The notes below the pieces were generated by a model. The model did not search any database. It saw only the letters and a program-made list of their open reading frames with translations, and was not told the DNA's origin. Position numbers and translations under genes: made by a program. A stretch of DNA of 30,718 bases from NCBI GenBank assembly GCA_002347565.1, contig DDXR01000054.1:1-30718 (forward strand), in the 5' to 3' direction. Position 1 is the stretch's first letter. Each line of letters starts with the position of its first letter. Below are positions 8,252-16,484 of the stretch, piece by piece. Source of the DNA: a bacterium UBP2_UBA2255. Lineage in GTDB: Bacteria > Edwardsbacteria > AC1 > EtOH8.

Positions 8252-10080
8252 GCGGACAGGACACGATGCGCGCGCGAGCAATCTCCCCGAATAGGAAAAC
8301 GAAGCGGCCCGATTACAAGATCGTGATCGGCCTGGGCAGCTGCGGCATCGCGGCCGGCGGGCACAAGGTCCGGTCGGCCCTGCTGGAGCAGCTGAAGGCG
8401 CGCAAGCTCCCGATCGAGGTGGGCGAGACCGGCTGCATCGGCATGTGCTACCGCGAGGTGCTGCTCGACGTCCACGACCAGCAGGGCAAGGTCTACACCT
8501 ACGGCAACATGACGCCGGAGCGCCTGCCGCGTTTCATCGACGAGCATTTGCTGGCGGGCACGCCGGTCGCGGAATGGCTGGTGCGGGCCAGCGACACGCC
8601 GCTGCCCGACGACAGCTTCTACGCCAAGCAGAAGCGGATCGTGCTGCGCAACTGCGGCCAGATGGACCCGGAGCGGATCGACGAGTACCGGGCCCGCGAC
8701 GGCTACAAGGCGCTGGAGAAGGCGCTGAAGGCCATGACGCCGGAGCAGGTGATCGCCGAGGTGCTGAACTCCGGCCTGTCCGGCCGCGGCGGCGCCGGGT
8801 TCCCCACCGGCAGGAAGTGGCAGTTCGCCCGCAACTCGCCGGGCGGCAAGAAGTACATCATCTGCAACGGCGACGAGGGCGACCCCGGCGCCTTCATGGA
8901 CCGCTCGGTGCTGGAGGGCGACCCCCACAGCGTGATGGAGGGGATGCTGATCGCCGGCTACGCGGTGGGCGCGGACGAGGGATACTTCTACGTCCGGGCG
9001 GAGTACCCGCTGGCCGTGGCCCGCATCAAGCTGGCCATCGCCGCGGCCCGCAGGCAGGGCCTGCTGGGCCGGAACATCATGGGCACGGCGTTCTGCTTCG
9101 ACGTCCACATCAAGGAGGGCGCCGGCGCCTTCGTCTGCGGCGAGGAAACCGCGCTGATGCAGTCGATCGAGGGCCAGCGCGGCATGCCCCGGCTGCGGCC
9201 GCCCTACCCGGCGGTCTCCGGCCTGTGGGGCAAGCCCACCAACATCAACAACGTCGAGACCTTCGCCAACGTGCCCTGGATCATCCTCAACGGCGCGGCG
9301 GCCTACGCGGCCCTGGGCAACGAGAAGAGCAGGGGGACCAAGGTGTTCGCCCTGGCCGGCAAGATCAGCCGCGGCGGGCTGGTGGAGGTGCCGATGGGCA
9401 TCACCATCGACGAGGTGATCCACGAGCTGGGCGGCGGCATCAAGGACGGCCGGCAGTTCAAGGCGGTGCAGATGGGCGGCCCGTCGGGCGGCTGCATCCC
9501 GGCCAGCCTGGGCGCCACCACCATCGACTTCGTCTCGGTCAACGCCACCGGCGCCATCATGGGCTCGGGCGGGATGGTGGTGATGGACGACACCACCTGC
9601 ATGGTGGACATCGCCCGCTTCTTCCTGGACTTCACCCAGAAGGAGTCCTGCGGCAAGTGCACCTTCTGCCGCATCGGCACCAAGCGGATGCTGGAGATCC
9701 TCAACCGCATCACCCAGGGCCAGGGCGAGATGGCGGACATCGACCTGCTGCTGGACCTGGCCGAGAAGATCAAGACCTCGAGCCTGTGCGCGCTGGGCCA
9801 GACCGCGCCCAACCCGGTGCTGACCACCCTCAAGTACTTCCGCGACGAGTACGAGGCCCACATCAGGGACAAGCGCTGCCCGGCCCTGGCCTGCAAGGCC
9901 CTGCTGCGCTACGAGATCATCGCGGAGAAGTGCGTGGGCTGCACGGCCTGCGCCCGGGTCTGCCCCACCGCGGCGATCACCGGGTCGGTCAAGCAGCCGC
10001 ACGTCATCGACCAGGGGACGTGCGTCAAGTGCGGCTCCTGCGTGGCCAAGTGCAAGTTCGACGCCATCAAGGTCAGCTGA
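8248..10080 (+). CDS. NuoF-like flavoprotein subunit of HndC/HydB (bifurcating) type: N-terminal thioredoxin-like [2Fe-2S] domain, FMN/NADH core, C-terminal 2x[4Fe-4S] ferredoxin domain
   Basis: 'DYKIVIGLGSCGIAAGG' N-terminal extension. 'GRGGAGFPTGRKWQF' NADH/FMN site. 'ESCGKCTFCRIGT' 4Fe-4S. C-terminal 'CVGCTACARVCP...CVKCGSCVAKC'. Confidence 0.9.
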   Translation: MSGQDTMRARAISPNRKTKRPDYKIVIGLGSCGIAAGGHKVRSALLEQLKARKLPIEVGETGCIGMCYREVLLDVHDQQGKVYTYGNMTPERLPRFIDEHLLAGTPVAEWLVRASDTPLPDDSFYAKQKRIVLRNCGQMDPERIDEYRARDGYKALEKALKAMTPEQVIAEVLNSGLSGRGGAGFPTGRKWQFARNSPGGKKYIICNGDEGDPGAFMDRSVLEGDPHSVMEGMLIAGYAVGADEGYFYVRAEYPLAVARIKLAIAAARRQGLLGRNIMGTAFCFDVHIKEGAGAFVCGEETALMQSIEGQRGMPRLRPPYPAVSGLWGKPTNINNVETFANVPWIILNGAAAYAALGNEKSRGTKVFALAGKISRGGLVEVPMGITIDEVIHELGGGIKDGRQFKAVQMGGPSGGCIPASLGATTIDFVSVNATGAIMGSGGMVVMDDTTCMVDIARFFLDFTQKESCGKCTFCRIGTKRMLEILNRITQGQGEMADIDLLLDLAEKIKTSSLCALGQTAPNPVLTTLKYFRDEYEAHIRDKRCPALACKALLRYEIIAEKCVGCTACARVCPTAAITGSVKQPHVIDQGTCVKCGSCVAKCKFDAIKVS

Positions 10081-10092
10081 AAGACATCATCA

Positions 10093-10165
10093 ACCACAGA
10101 GAACACAGAGAGGCGAACCACGCTGATATCCCTTGGATAAAAACTCCTCTGCGCCCTCTGTGGTT
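10093..10165 (+). promoter_or_regulatory. Intra-operon inverted repeat (10-bp perfect arms, 53-nt spacer) with tandem CACAGAG half-sites
   Basis: aaccacagag (10093-10102) and ctctgtggtt (10156-10165). Internal direct repeats: cacagag x2 and cctctg x2. Unusually AT-rich 120-bp gap. Confidence 0.3.
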
Positions 10166-10200
10166 ACATCCCCAATGTAAGACGAACAAGGATTAGATAG

Positions 10201-13200
10201 ATGCCCCAGATCAGCGTCACGCTCAACGGCAAGCAGGTCTCCTGCGACACCTCCCAGACGATCCTCGACGTCGCCGCCGCGCAGGGCGTCCCCATCCCCA
10301 CGCTCTGCCACGACCCGGCGCTTTCCCCCTACGGCAGCTGCTGGGTCTGCCTGGTGGCGGTGCAGGGCGCCCGCGGCTTTGTGCCGTCCTGCGCCACCAA
10401 GGTGGCCGACGGCATGGTAATCGAGACCGAGAGCCCCGCGGTGGCGGCCGCGCGCCGGATGGCGCTGGGCCTGCTGCTCTCCAACCACACCGGCGACTGC
10501 ACCGGTCCCTGCGTCTCCACCTGCCCGGCCAACTGCGACGCCCAGGGCTACGTGGCGCTGGTGGCCAACGGCATGGAGGCCGAGGCCATCAGGCTGATCA
10601 AAGAGACCCTGCCGCTGCCGGCCAGCCTGGGCCGGGTCTGCCCGCACCCCTGCGAGACCGAGTGCCGGCGCAACCTGGTCGAGGAGCCGGTCGCCATCTG
10701 CTACCTCAAGCGGCACGCGGCCGACGCCGACCTCAATTCCGGGAAACCCTACCTGCCGCAATGCGAACCCCTGTCCGGCAAGAAGGTGGCGGTCGTCGGC
10801 GCCGGGCCGGCCGGCCTGACCGCGGCCTACTACCTGCGGCAGATGGGCCACGCCGTCACCATCTTCGAGGCGCTGCCCAAATCCGGCGGCTGGCTGCGCT
10901 ACGGCATCCCGCAGTACCGCCTGCCCAAGGAGGTGCTGGACGCCGAGGTCAAGACCATTACCGACCTGGGCGGCATCGAGATCAACTACAACCAGAAACT
11001 CGGCGCGGACATCACCCTCGACGGGCTGAAAGCCAAGTACGACGCGGTGTTCCTGGGCATCGGCGCACACGCCTCCTCCCGGATGGGCGTGGAGAACGAG
11101 GACGACCGCGGCGTGGTGGCGGGCATCGATTTCCTCAAGCGGCTGGCCGGGGGCCACGACTACGACTTCGCCCGCGACAAGATCAGGAAGGTCGCGGTGA
11201 TCGGCGGCGGCAACACCGCGATCGACGCCGCCCGCACCTCGCTCAGATTGGGCGCCGCGGAGGTGACCATCGTCTACCGCCGCTCCGAGAAGGAGATGCC
11301 GGCCAACCCCCTCGAGATCGAGGAGGCCAAGCACGAGGGCGTCAAGTTCCAGCTGCTGACCGCGCCCACCCGGGTGATCGCCTGCACGGCGGACACCAGC
11401 GGCGCCATCACCTGCCAGAAAATGGAGCTGGGCGAACCCGACGCCTCGGGCCGGCGGCGGCCGGTGCCGGTGGCCGGCTCGGACTTCCACGTGGAGGCCG
11501 ACCTGATCATCGCCTGCATCGGCCAGGCACCGGACCTCTCCGGCCTGGGCCAGGACCACGGGCTGAAAACCACCAAGTGGTCGACCGTCGACACCGACCC
11601 CGACACCGGCGCCACCGCGGTGCCCGGCGTGTTCGCGGCCGGCGACTGCGTCACCGGGGCGGCCACGGTGGTGGAGGCCATTGGCGGGGCCCGCAAGGCC
11701 GCCGCCGCGATCGACGAATACCTCAGGATCGGCGCGGTCCAGCGGCCGGTAAAACCGTATGACCACACCCGGGGCAAGATCAACGAGGTGCCGGCCGACC
11801 TGTTCGCCGGCCGCACAAAGGAGGAGCGGGCCGCGATGCCGATGATCCCGGCCGGCGAGCGCGTCAACTTCAGGGAGGTCGAGCTGGGCTTCCCCGCGTC
11901 GGCGGCGGCCGGCGAGGCCAGGCGCTGCCTGGAGTGCGGCTGCGCCGACATGCGGGAATGCAAGCTGCGCGACTACTCCACCCGCTACGACGCGGCGGCC
12001 AAGCGCTACCTGGGCGAGACGGGGAAACACCCGATCGACGATTCGCACCCCTTCCTGGTGCGGGACCAGGCCAAGTGCGTGATGTGCGGCCGCTGCGTCC
12101 GGATGTGCCTGGAGTCGGTGGGCGCCGCGGCCCTGGGCTTCGTCCACCGCGGGTTCGCGGCCATCGTGGCGCCGGCCATGGGCAAACCGTTCCCCGAGAC
12201 CAGCTGCGTGTCCTGCGGCGCCTGCATCGACACCTGCCCGGTGGGCGCGCTGACCGAGCGGGTGCGGCAGGTCAAGCCGTCGAACTGGGAGCTGGCCGGG
12301 ACGCCGACGGTCTGCACCTACTGCGGCGTGGGCTGCGGCGCGACGGTCGGGACCAAAGCCGGCCGCGCGATCCGGGTCACCGGCGACGGGGACAGCCCGG
12401 TCAGCGCCGGCGGACTGTGCTTCAAGGGCAAGTTCGGGTCCGAGTTCCTGCACGCGCAGGAACGCCTGCGAACGCCGCTGGTGCGGCGCGGCACGGCGCA
12501 GGCCCCGGCCGGCTGGAGCGAGGCGCTGACCACGGCCGGCCTGGAGCTGGACGCGGCCGTCAAGAAGCACGGCCCGGCCGCGGTGGCGGTGTTCGCCTCG
12601 GGCCGCTGCACGGTCGAGGAGTGCGAGGGGCTGCGGTCGTGGGCCGCCCAGCGCGGCGCCGCGGCCTTCGGCAGCTTCGCCCACCTGGGCGGACGGCCGC
12701 TGGCCGCGTTCCAGTCCGTGCTCGGGACCTCGCGCGGCGCGGGCTACGACGCCATCGGCAGCGCCCGGACCATCCTGCTGGCCGGCTCGGACGCGTACGC
12801 CGAGCATCCGGTGCTGTCGCGAAAGATCCGTGCGGCGGTGCGCAACGGCGCACGGCTTCATGTCATCAACGAGGGCGCGACCAAGCTCGGCGACATCGCC
12901 GTCCAATCCCTGGCCGTCAAGCCCGGCACGCTGGCGCTGGCGCTCAATGCAGTGCTGAAGCACATCATGGCCGCGGCCAAACCCACGGTCATGGAGGGAT
13001 CGGCCGAGCTCACGAAGGCCCTGGGGAAGCTCACGCCCGCGCTGGTCTCCCAGACCGGCATCAAGAAGCCCGACATCACCGCGTTGGCGGCGGCGCTGGC
13101 CGCGGATCCCACCGCGCTTATCATCTTCAACGGCGACGCGGTGTCGGCCGAGACGGCCAAGGCGCTGGCCAACATCCTGCTGGCGCTGGGCCGGCCGGAG

Positions 13201-13740
13201 CGGTTCATCGCGCTGCGGGCCAAGGCCAACGGGGCCGGCGTCGACCGGTTCGCCACGGCCGATGCGGCCGAGCTGCTGAAGGGGATCGACAAGCGCTCCA
13301 TCAAGGCGGCGGTGCTGCTGAACGAGGACCCGGCGGGCTCGCTGCCCGGCGGGGAGAAGATCGCGAAAACGCTCGCCAAGCTGGAGACGCTGGTGGTCTG
13401 CGACCTGTTCCTGACCGACACCGCCAAGCTGGCCGGCATCGTGCTGCCGGCGTCGGCGTTCACCGAGCACGAGGGAACCTTCGTCAACTCCGAGGGGCGC
13501 TCCCAGCACCTGAAGCACGCGCTCAAGCCCGCGGCAGGCCGCACCACCGTGGAGTTCCTCAAACAACTAGGCGGGACGCCGTCCGCGCAACTGCCGCAGG
13601 CGAAGCAGGGTGAGCCCGCCTTCGCGGTCCCGGTCCTGAAGAAGGAGACAAGGCCGGCGCGGTCGTTCCACAGCGACGCGCTGGAGAAGTGGGTATGGGA
13701 GTTGAAGAAGAAAGAGGGAATGCTGAAGGCCGGGGAGTAG
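10201..13740 (+). CDS. Fusion oxidoreductase: N-terminal [2Fe-2S] ferredoxin domain + GltD/NfnB-like FAD/NAD(P)H module + NuoG/FdhA-like Fe-S region + truncated molybdopterin (Mo-bisPGD-type) domain lacking an obvious catalytic Cys/Sec
   Basis: 'ISVTLNGKQVSCD...CHDPALSPYGSCWVC' 2Fe-2S. 'KKVAVVGAGPAGLTAAYYL' and 'VAVIGGGNTAIDAART...GVFAAGDCVTGA' are GltD Rossmann folds. 'HPFLVRDQAKCVMCGRCVRMC' and 'CVSCGACIDTCPVG' are NuoG-type clusters. 'CTYCGVGCG...GGLCFKGK' is the Mo-domain 4Fe-4S. SD AAGGA before the ATG at 10201. Confidence 0.85.
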   Translation: MPQISVTLNGKQVSCDTSQTILDVAAAQGVPIPTLCHDPALSPYGSCWVCLVAVQGARGFVPSCATKVADGMVIETESPAVAAARRMALGLLLSNHTGDCTGPCVSTCPANCDAQGYVALVANGMEAEAIRLIKETLPLPASLGRVCPHPCETECRRNLVEEPVAICYLKRHAADADLNSGKPYLPQCEPLSGKKVAVVGAGPAGLTAAYYLRQMGHAVTIFEALPKSGGWLRYGIPQYRLPKEVLDAEVKTITDLGGIEINYNQKLGADITLDGLKAKYDAVFLGIGAHASSRMGVENEDDRGVVAGIDFLKRLAGGHDYDFARDKIRKVAVIGGGNTAIDAARTSLRLGAAEVTIVYRRSEKEMPANPLEIEEAKHEGVKFQLLTAPTRVIACTADTSGAITCQKMELGEPDASGRRRPVPVAGSDFHVEADLIIACIGQAPDLSGLGQDHGLKTTKWSTVDTDPDTGATAVPGVFAAGDCVTGAATVVEAIGGARKAAAAIDEYLRIGAVQRPVKPYDHTRGKINEVPADLFAGRTKEERAAMPMIPAGERVNFREVELGFPASAAAGEARRCLECGCADMRECKLRDYSTRYDAAAKRYLGETGKHPIDDSHPFLVRDQAKCVMCGRCVRMCLESVGAAALGFVHRGFAAIVAPAMGKPFPETSCVSCGACIDTCPVGALTERVRQVKPSNWELAGTPTVCTYCGVGCGATVGTKAGRAIRVTGDGDSPVSAGGLCFKGKFGSEFLHAQERLRTPLVRRGTAQAPAGWSEALTTAGLELDAAVKKHGPAAVAVFASGRCTVEECEGLRSWAAQRGAAAFGSFAHLGGRPLAAFQSVLGTSRGAGYDAIGSARTILLAGSDAYAEHPVLSRKIRAAVRNGARLHVINEGATKLGDIAVQSLAVKPGTLALALNAVLKHIMAAAKPTVMEGSAELTKALGKLTPALVSQTGIKKPDITALAAALAADPTALIIFNGDAVSAETAKALANILLALGRPERFIALRAKANGAGVDRFATADAAELLKGIDKRSIKAAVLLNEDPAGSLPGGEKIAKTLAKLETLVVCDLFLTDTAKLAGIVLPASAFTEHEGTFVNSEGRSQHLKHALKPAAGRTTVEFLKQLGGTPSAQLPQAKQGEPAFAVPVLKKETRPARSFHSDALEKWVWELKKKEGMLKAGE

Positions 13741-13761
13741 TTTATCCATCGTGATCAGATG

Positions 13762-13793
13762 CAATAGCCCAGGCCTGAAGGCCTGGGCTATTG
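13762..13793. repeat. REP-like palindromic hairpin (left flank of transposase; may also act as terminator for the upstream operon)
   Basis: caatagcccaggcc-tgaa-ggcctgggctattg, a 14-bp perfect stem. Confidence 0.6.
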
Positions 13794-13911
13794 TTGCAAT
13801 AACATGAAAATGTCAGACCATGCCGGCATCATCTGCATGTTAACCCAGACCTTCAGGTCTGGGCCTGAAAGGACGATAGATGGAGGAAGGGCGTTCACGC
13901 CCTTCAAGAAC

Positions 13912-14352
13912 ATGGCGCATGCGTACCACAAGGTCTGGATCCACCTCATCTGGGGTACGAAGGAACGATTCCCGGTCATGGGTGATACGATCAAACAGGA
14001 GATAATCGAGCACATTCGCGAGAAAGCGCTGCTGGAGGGCATCCACAGTGACGCGATCAACGCAACGGCCGACCATGTGCATTGCCTGATCGAACTCGGC
14101 CTCACCCGCACGATCGCGGCGGCGGCCAACCAGCTCAAGGGCGAATCGTCGCATTGGGTCGACCGCCGGCGGTTGACCATGTCGCATTTCGCCTGGCAGG
14201 AAGGATACGGTGCGTTCTCCGTAAGCGCGTCGCAACTGGGAAAGGTCCGGACATACATCTGCGATCAGGAGCGCCACCACGAGAAGCACACATTTCGTGA
14301 AGAGTTCGAGCGACTGATGAGAGCGTACGGGATGGACGGGGAAAGGCCGTAA
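13912..14352 (+). CDS. tnpA: IS200/IS605 family Y1 (HUH) tyrosine transposase TnpA / REP-associated tyrosine transposase
   Basis: 'YHKVWIHLIWGTKERFP' and 'DHVHCLIELG' (HuH), 'QLKGESSHW', 'AWQEGYGAFSV' (catalytic Tyr region). 146 aa from the ATG at 13912. The track ORF starts at 13804, but that stretch overlaps an internal hairpin. Confidence 0.75.
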   Translation: MAHAYHKVWIHLIWGTKERFPVMGDTIKQEIIEHIREKALLEGIHSDAINATADHVHCLIELGLTRTIAAAANQLKGESSHWVDRRRLTMSHFAWQEGYGAFSVSASQLGKVRTYICDQERHHEKHTFREEFERLMRAYGMDGERP

Positions 14353-14375
14353 ACGGCCTGCTCCAACAGCCATGT

Positions 14376-14407
14376 GAGTAACCCAGGCCTGAAGGCCTGG
14401 GTTACTC
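14376..14407. repeat. REP-like palindromic hairpin (right flank of transposase)
   Basis: gagtaacccaggcc-tgaa-ggcctgggttactc. Same 20-nt core as the left copy. Confidence 0.6.
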
Positions 14408-14411
14408 CGAT

Positions 14412-14440
14412 TTCACTTGTTTTTCGCAGCCAGGTATGAT
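14412..14440 (+). promoter_or_regulatory. Putative sigma70-type promoter (TTCACT-N17-TATGAT) for the SPFH gene
   Basis: TTCACT at 14412-14417 and TATGAT at 14435-14440, in an AT-rich gap. GGAGG at 14470-14474 lies before the ATG at 14479. Confidence 0.35.
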
Positions 14441-14478
14441 ATCTTAAATTCCGCATAATCCTATTATATGGAGGCCGT

Positions 14479-16416
14479 ATGATCTGGTGGCTGCTGGTAT
14501 TCGTCTTCGTCTTCTTCATCCTGCCGTCGCTGCGCATCATCGGGCCGACCGAGGTCGGGCTGGTGGTCAAGCGCTTCGGGCTGCGGAAGCTCTCCAAGGA
14601 CAACCCCATCGCCTTCAACAAGGAGGCCGGCTACCAGGACGATCTGCTGATGCCGGGCTGGCGCTGGAAGTTCTGGGTGGTGTACCGGGTGGAGAAGTTC
14701 CCCTGGGTGCAGGTGCCGGCCGGCGAGATCGGCGTGGTGATCGCCCAGGTGGGCCAGCCGCTGCCGATCGGCGCCAAATCGGCCGTCTTCAAGAAGGAGT
14801 TCGGCGACTTCTCCGACCTGCGCAGCTTCGTGGCCCAGGGCGGACAGAAGGGCGTGCAGCGGCCGGTGCTGTCGCCCGGCACCCTGGCGCCGATCCATCC
14901 GGTCGGGTTCCTGGTGATCACCCGCAACAAGGTCTACGGCCTGCCGGTGTCGCCCGAGCTGAAGCAGAAGGGCAACAAGGGCATCCTGACGCCCGAGGCC
15001 TTCGGCCTGGCCGCCAACCAGCTGGAGCTGGTGCGGATCGAGCCGCGCTCCAACCCCAAGACCGGCGACCTGGTGGACACCGTCGGCATCGTCACCGTCT
15101 ACGAGGGCAGCCCGCTGCCGTCGGGCGACATCGCCAGCCGGCTGGGCGGCTTCGCCGACATCGAAAAGCTGGAGGCCGGCGCCCCGACGGACGACGACTC
15201 CCAGCTGATCGAGACCATCATGGGCAGCAAGAACAGCCTGCACAACAATTACCAGGACTTCCAGGCCTTCCTGGACAGCGGCGGCAAGATCGGGCTGCAG
15301 CACGACCCGCTGCTGTACGGCGCCTACACCCTCAACCCGTTCCTGGTGAGCGTCGAGATCACACCGATGCTGGTGGTGCAGCAGGGCGAGGTGGCGGTGG
15401 TCAAGTCCTACGTCGGGCTGGCCACCGAGGACACCTCGGGCGAGGAGTTCAAGTTCGGGATGCTGGTGCGGCCCGGCCACCGCGGCATCTGGCGGGAGAG
15501 CCTGCGCACCGGCAAGTACCCGATCAATCCCCACTGCTACCAGGCCGAGCTGGTGCCGACCGCCATCCTGACCCTGAACTGGGCCGAGGCGGCGTCCAAG
15601 GCCCACAACCTGGACAGCCAGCTGGAGCAGATCATCGCCAAGAGCCGCGAGGGCTTCGTCTTCAAGATCGACCTCCAGGTGCAGATCCACGTGGCCGACA
15701 CCAAGGCTCCCAAGGTGATCTCGATGGTGGGCACCATGCTCAACCTGGTCAACGAGGTGCTGCAGGCCGCGGTCGGCAACCACTTCCGCGACAAGCTGCA
15801 GAGCATGCCGGCCATCCGCTTCATCGAGACCCGGCAGCAGGTGCAGGAGGAGGCCTTCGCCCACGTCAGCAAGCACCTCGACCAGTACCAGGTGGAGACC
15901 AAGGGCGTCTACATCCAGGACGTGGTGCTGCCGGTGGACTTGGTGAAGGTGCTGACCGAGCGCGAGATCGCCAACCAGGAGATCGAGACCTTCAAGAAGC
16001 AGAAGGAGGCCCAGGACCAGCGGGTGATGACCGAGCACTCCAAGGGCACGGCCGACATGCAGGCCCAGCTGGCCACCTCCAAGGTCGGGGTCGACATCAA
16101 GACCAACAACGCCAACGCCCGCAAGGCCGAGGCGGCGGGCGAGGCCGCCTACATCCGCGAGACCGGCGCGGCCAAGGGCGCCGAGGTCGAGGCGGTGGGC
16201 ATGGCCCGGGCCAAGGCCTACGAGGCGCAGGTCAAGGCGCTGGGCCAGACCCAGACCGCGGTGGTCAACGCCGTCACCGCGCTGGCCGACAAGGGCGCCA
16301 AGGTGATGCCGGAGATCCTGGTGGCCGGCGGCGGGTCGATGGACGGGGTGGCGGCGGGCCTGATGAAGTTCCTGGGGGTGAAGTCCGAGGACATCCTGAC
16401 CAAGCCGGGGAAGTGA
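14479..16416 (+). CDS. SPFH/band-7 domain membrane protein (flotillin/YqiK-like), 645 aa
   Basis: N-terminal TM 'MIWWLLVFVFVFFILPSL', then 'IIGPTEVGLVVKRFG' SPFH start. Ala/Glu/Lys-rich coiled-coil 'flotillin' tail. The overlapping alternate-frame ORF 14487.. over this span is treated as an artefact. Confidence 0.6.
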   Translation: MIWWLLVFVFVFFILPSLRIIGPTEVGLVVKRFGLRKLSKDNPIAFNKEAGYQDDLLMPGWRWKFWVVYRVEKFPWVQVPAGEIGVVIAQVGQPLPIGAKSAVFKKEFGDFSDLRSFVAQGGQKGVQRPVLSPGTLAPIHPVGFLVITRNKVYGLPVSPELKQKGNKGILTPEAFGLAANQLELVRIEPRSNPKTGDLVDTVGIVTVYEGSPLPSGDIASRLGGFADIEKLEAGAPTDDDSQLIETIMGSKNSLHNNYQDFQAFLDSGGKIGLQHDPLLYGAYTLNPFLVSVEITPMLVVQQGEVAVVKSYVGLATEDTSGEEFKFGMLVRPGHRGIWRESLRTGKYPINPHCYQAELVPTAILTLNWAEAASKAHNLDSQLEQIIAKSREGFVFKIDLQVQIHVADTKAPKVISMVGTMLNLVNEVLQAAVGNHFRDKLQSMPAIRFIETRQQVQEEAFAHVSKHLDQYQVETKGVYIQDVVLPVDLVKVLTEREIANQEIETFKKQKEAQDQRVMTEHSKGTADMQAQLATSKVGVDIKTNNANARKAEAAGEAAYIRETGAAKGAEVEAVGMARAKAYEAQVKALGQTQTAVVNAVTALADKGAKVMPEILVAGGGSMDGVAAGLMKFLGVKSEDILTKPGK

Positions 16417-16484
16417 TCGGAAATCCCCGCGGGCGCTTGACGCCCACCACTATCCACCATGAAGAGGATAAAAAGGAAAGCGAC

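Larger units (their letters stand above)
13755..14410 (+). mobile_element. IS200/IS605-like / RAYT element: Y1 transposase gene flanked by identical REP-like hairpins
   Basis: Flanking hairpins share the core cccaggcctgaaggcctggg at 13762-13793 and 14376-14407. A degenerate third copy lies at 13844-13863. The region is AT-richer than its surroundings. Confidence 0.6.

Noticed and set aside
10201-13740. Calling the large fusion protein a bona fide formate dehydrogenase alpha subunit
   Set aside because: The Mo domain is only ~475 aa and the position of the catalytic Sec/Cys appears to be Ala ('SFAHLGG'). Without an alignment I only call it NuoG/FdhA-like.
13804-13911. Longer N-terminus for the transposase (track ORF start 13804)
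   Set aside because: This segment carries the internal REP-like hairpin (13844-13863), and its translation 'MKMSDHAGIICMLTQTFRSGPERTIDGG' has no transposase homology. ATG 13912 gives the canonical ~146-aa Y1 transposase.
14487-16484. 5' part of the 934-aa alternate-frame ORF 14487..17291 (and the similar alt-frame ORFs 8445..10196 and 10662..11762)
   Set aside because: It overlaps the SPFH gene in another frame with an Arg/Gly/Pro-rich translation. Only the 3' segment from ATG 16485, which has a signal peptide and Lys-rich composition, looks like a real gene.
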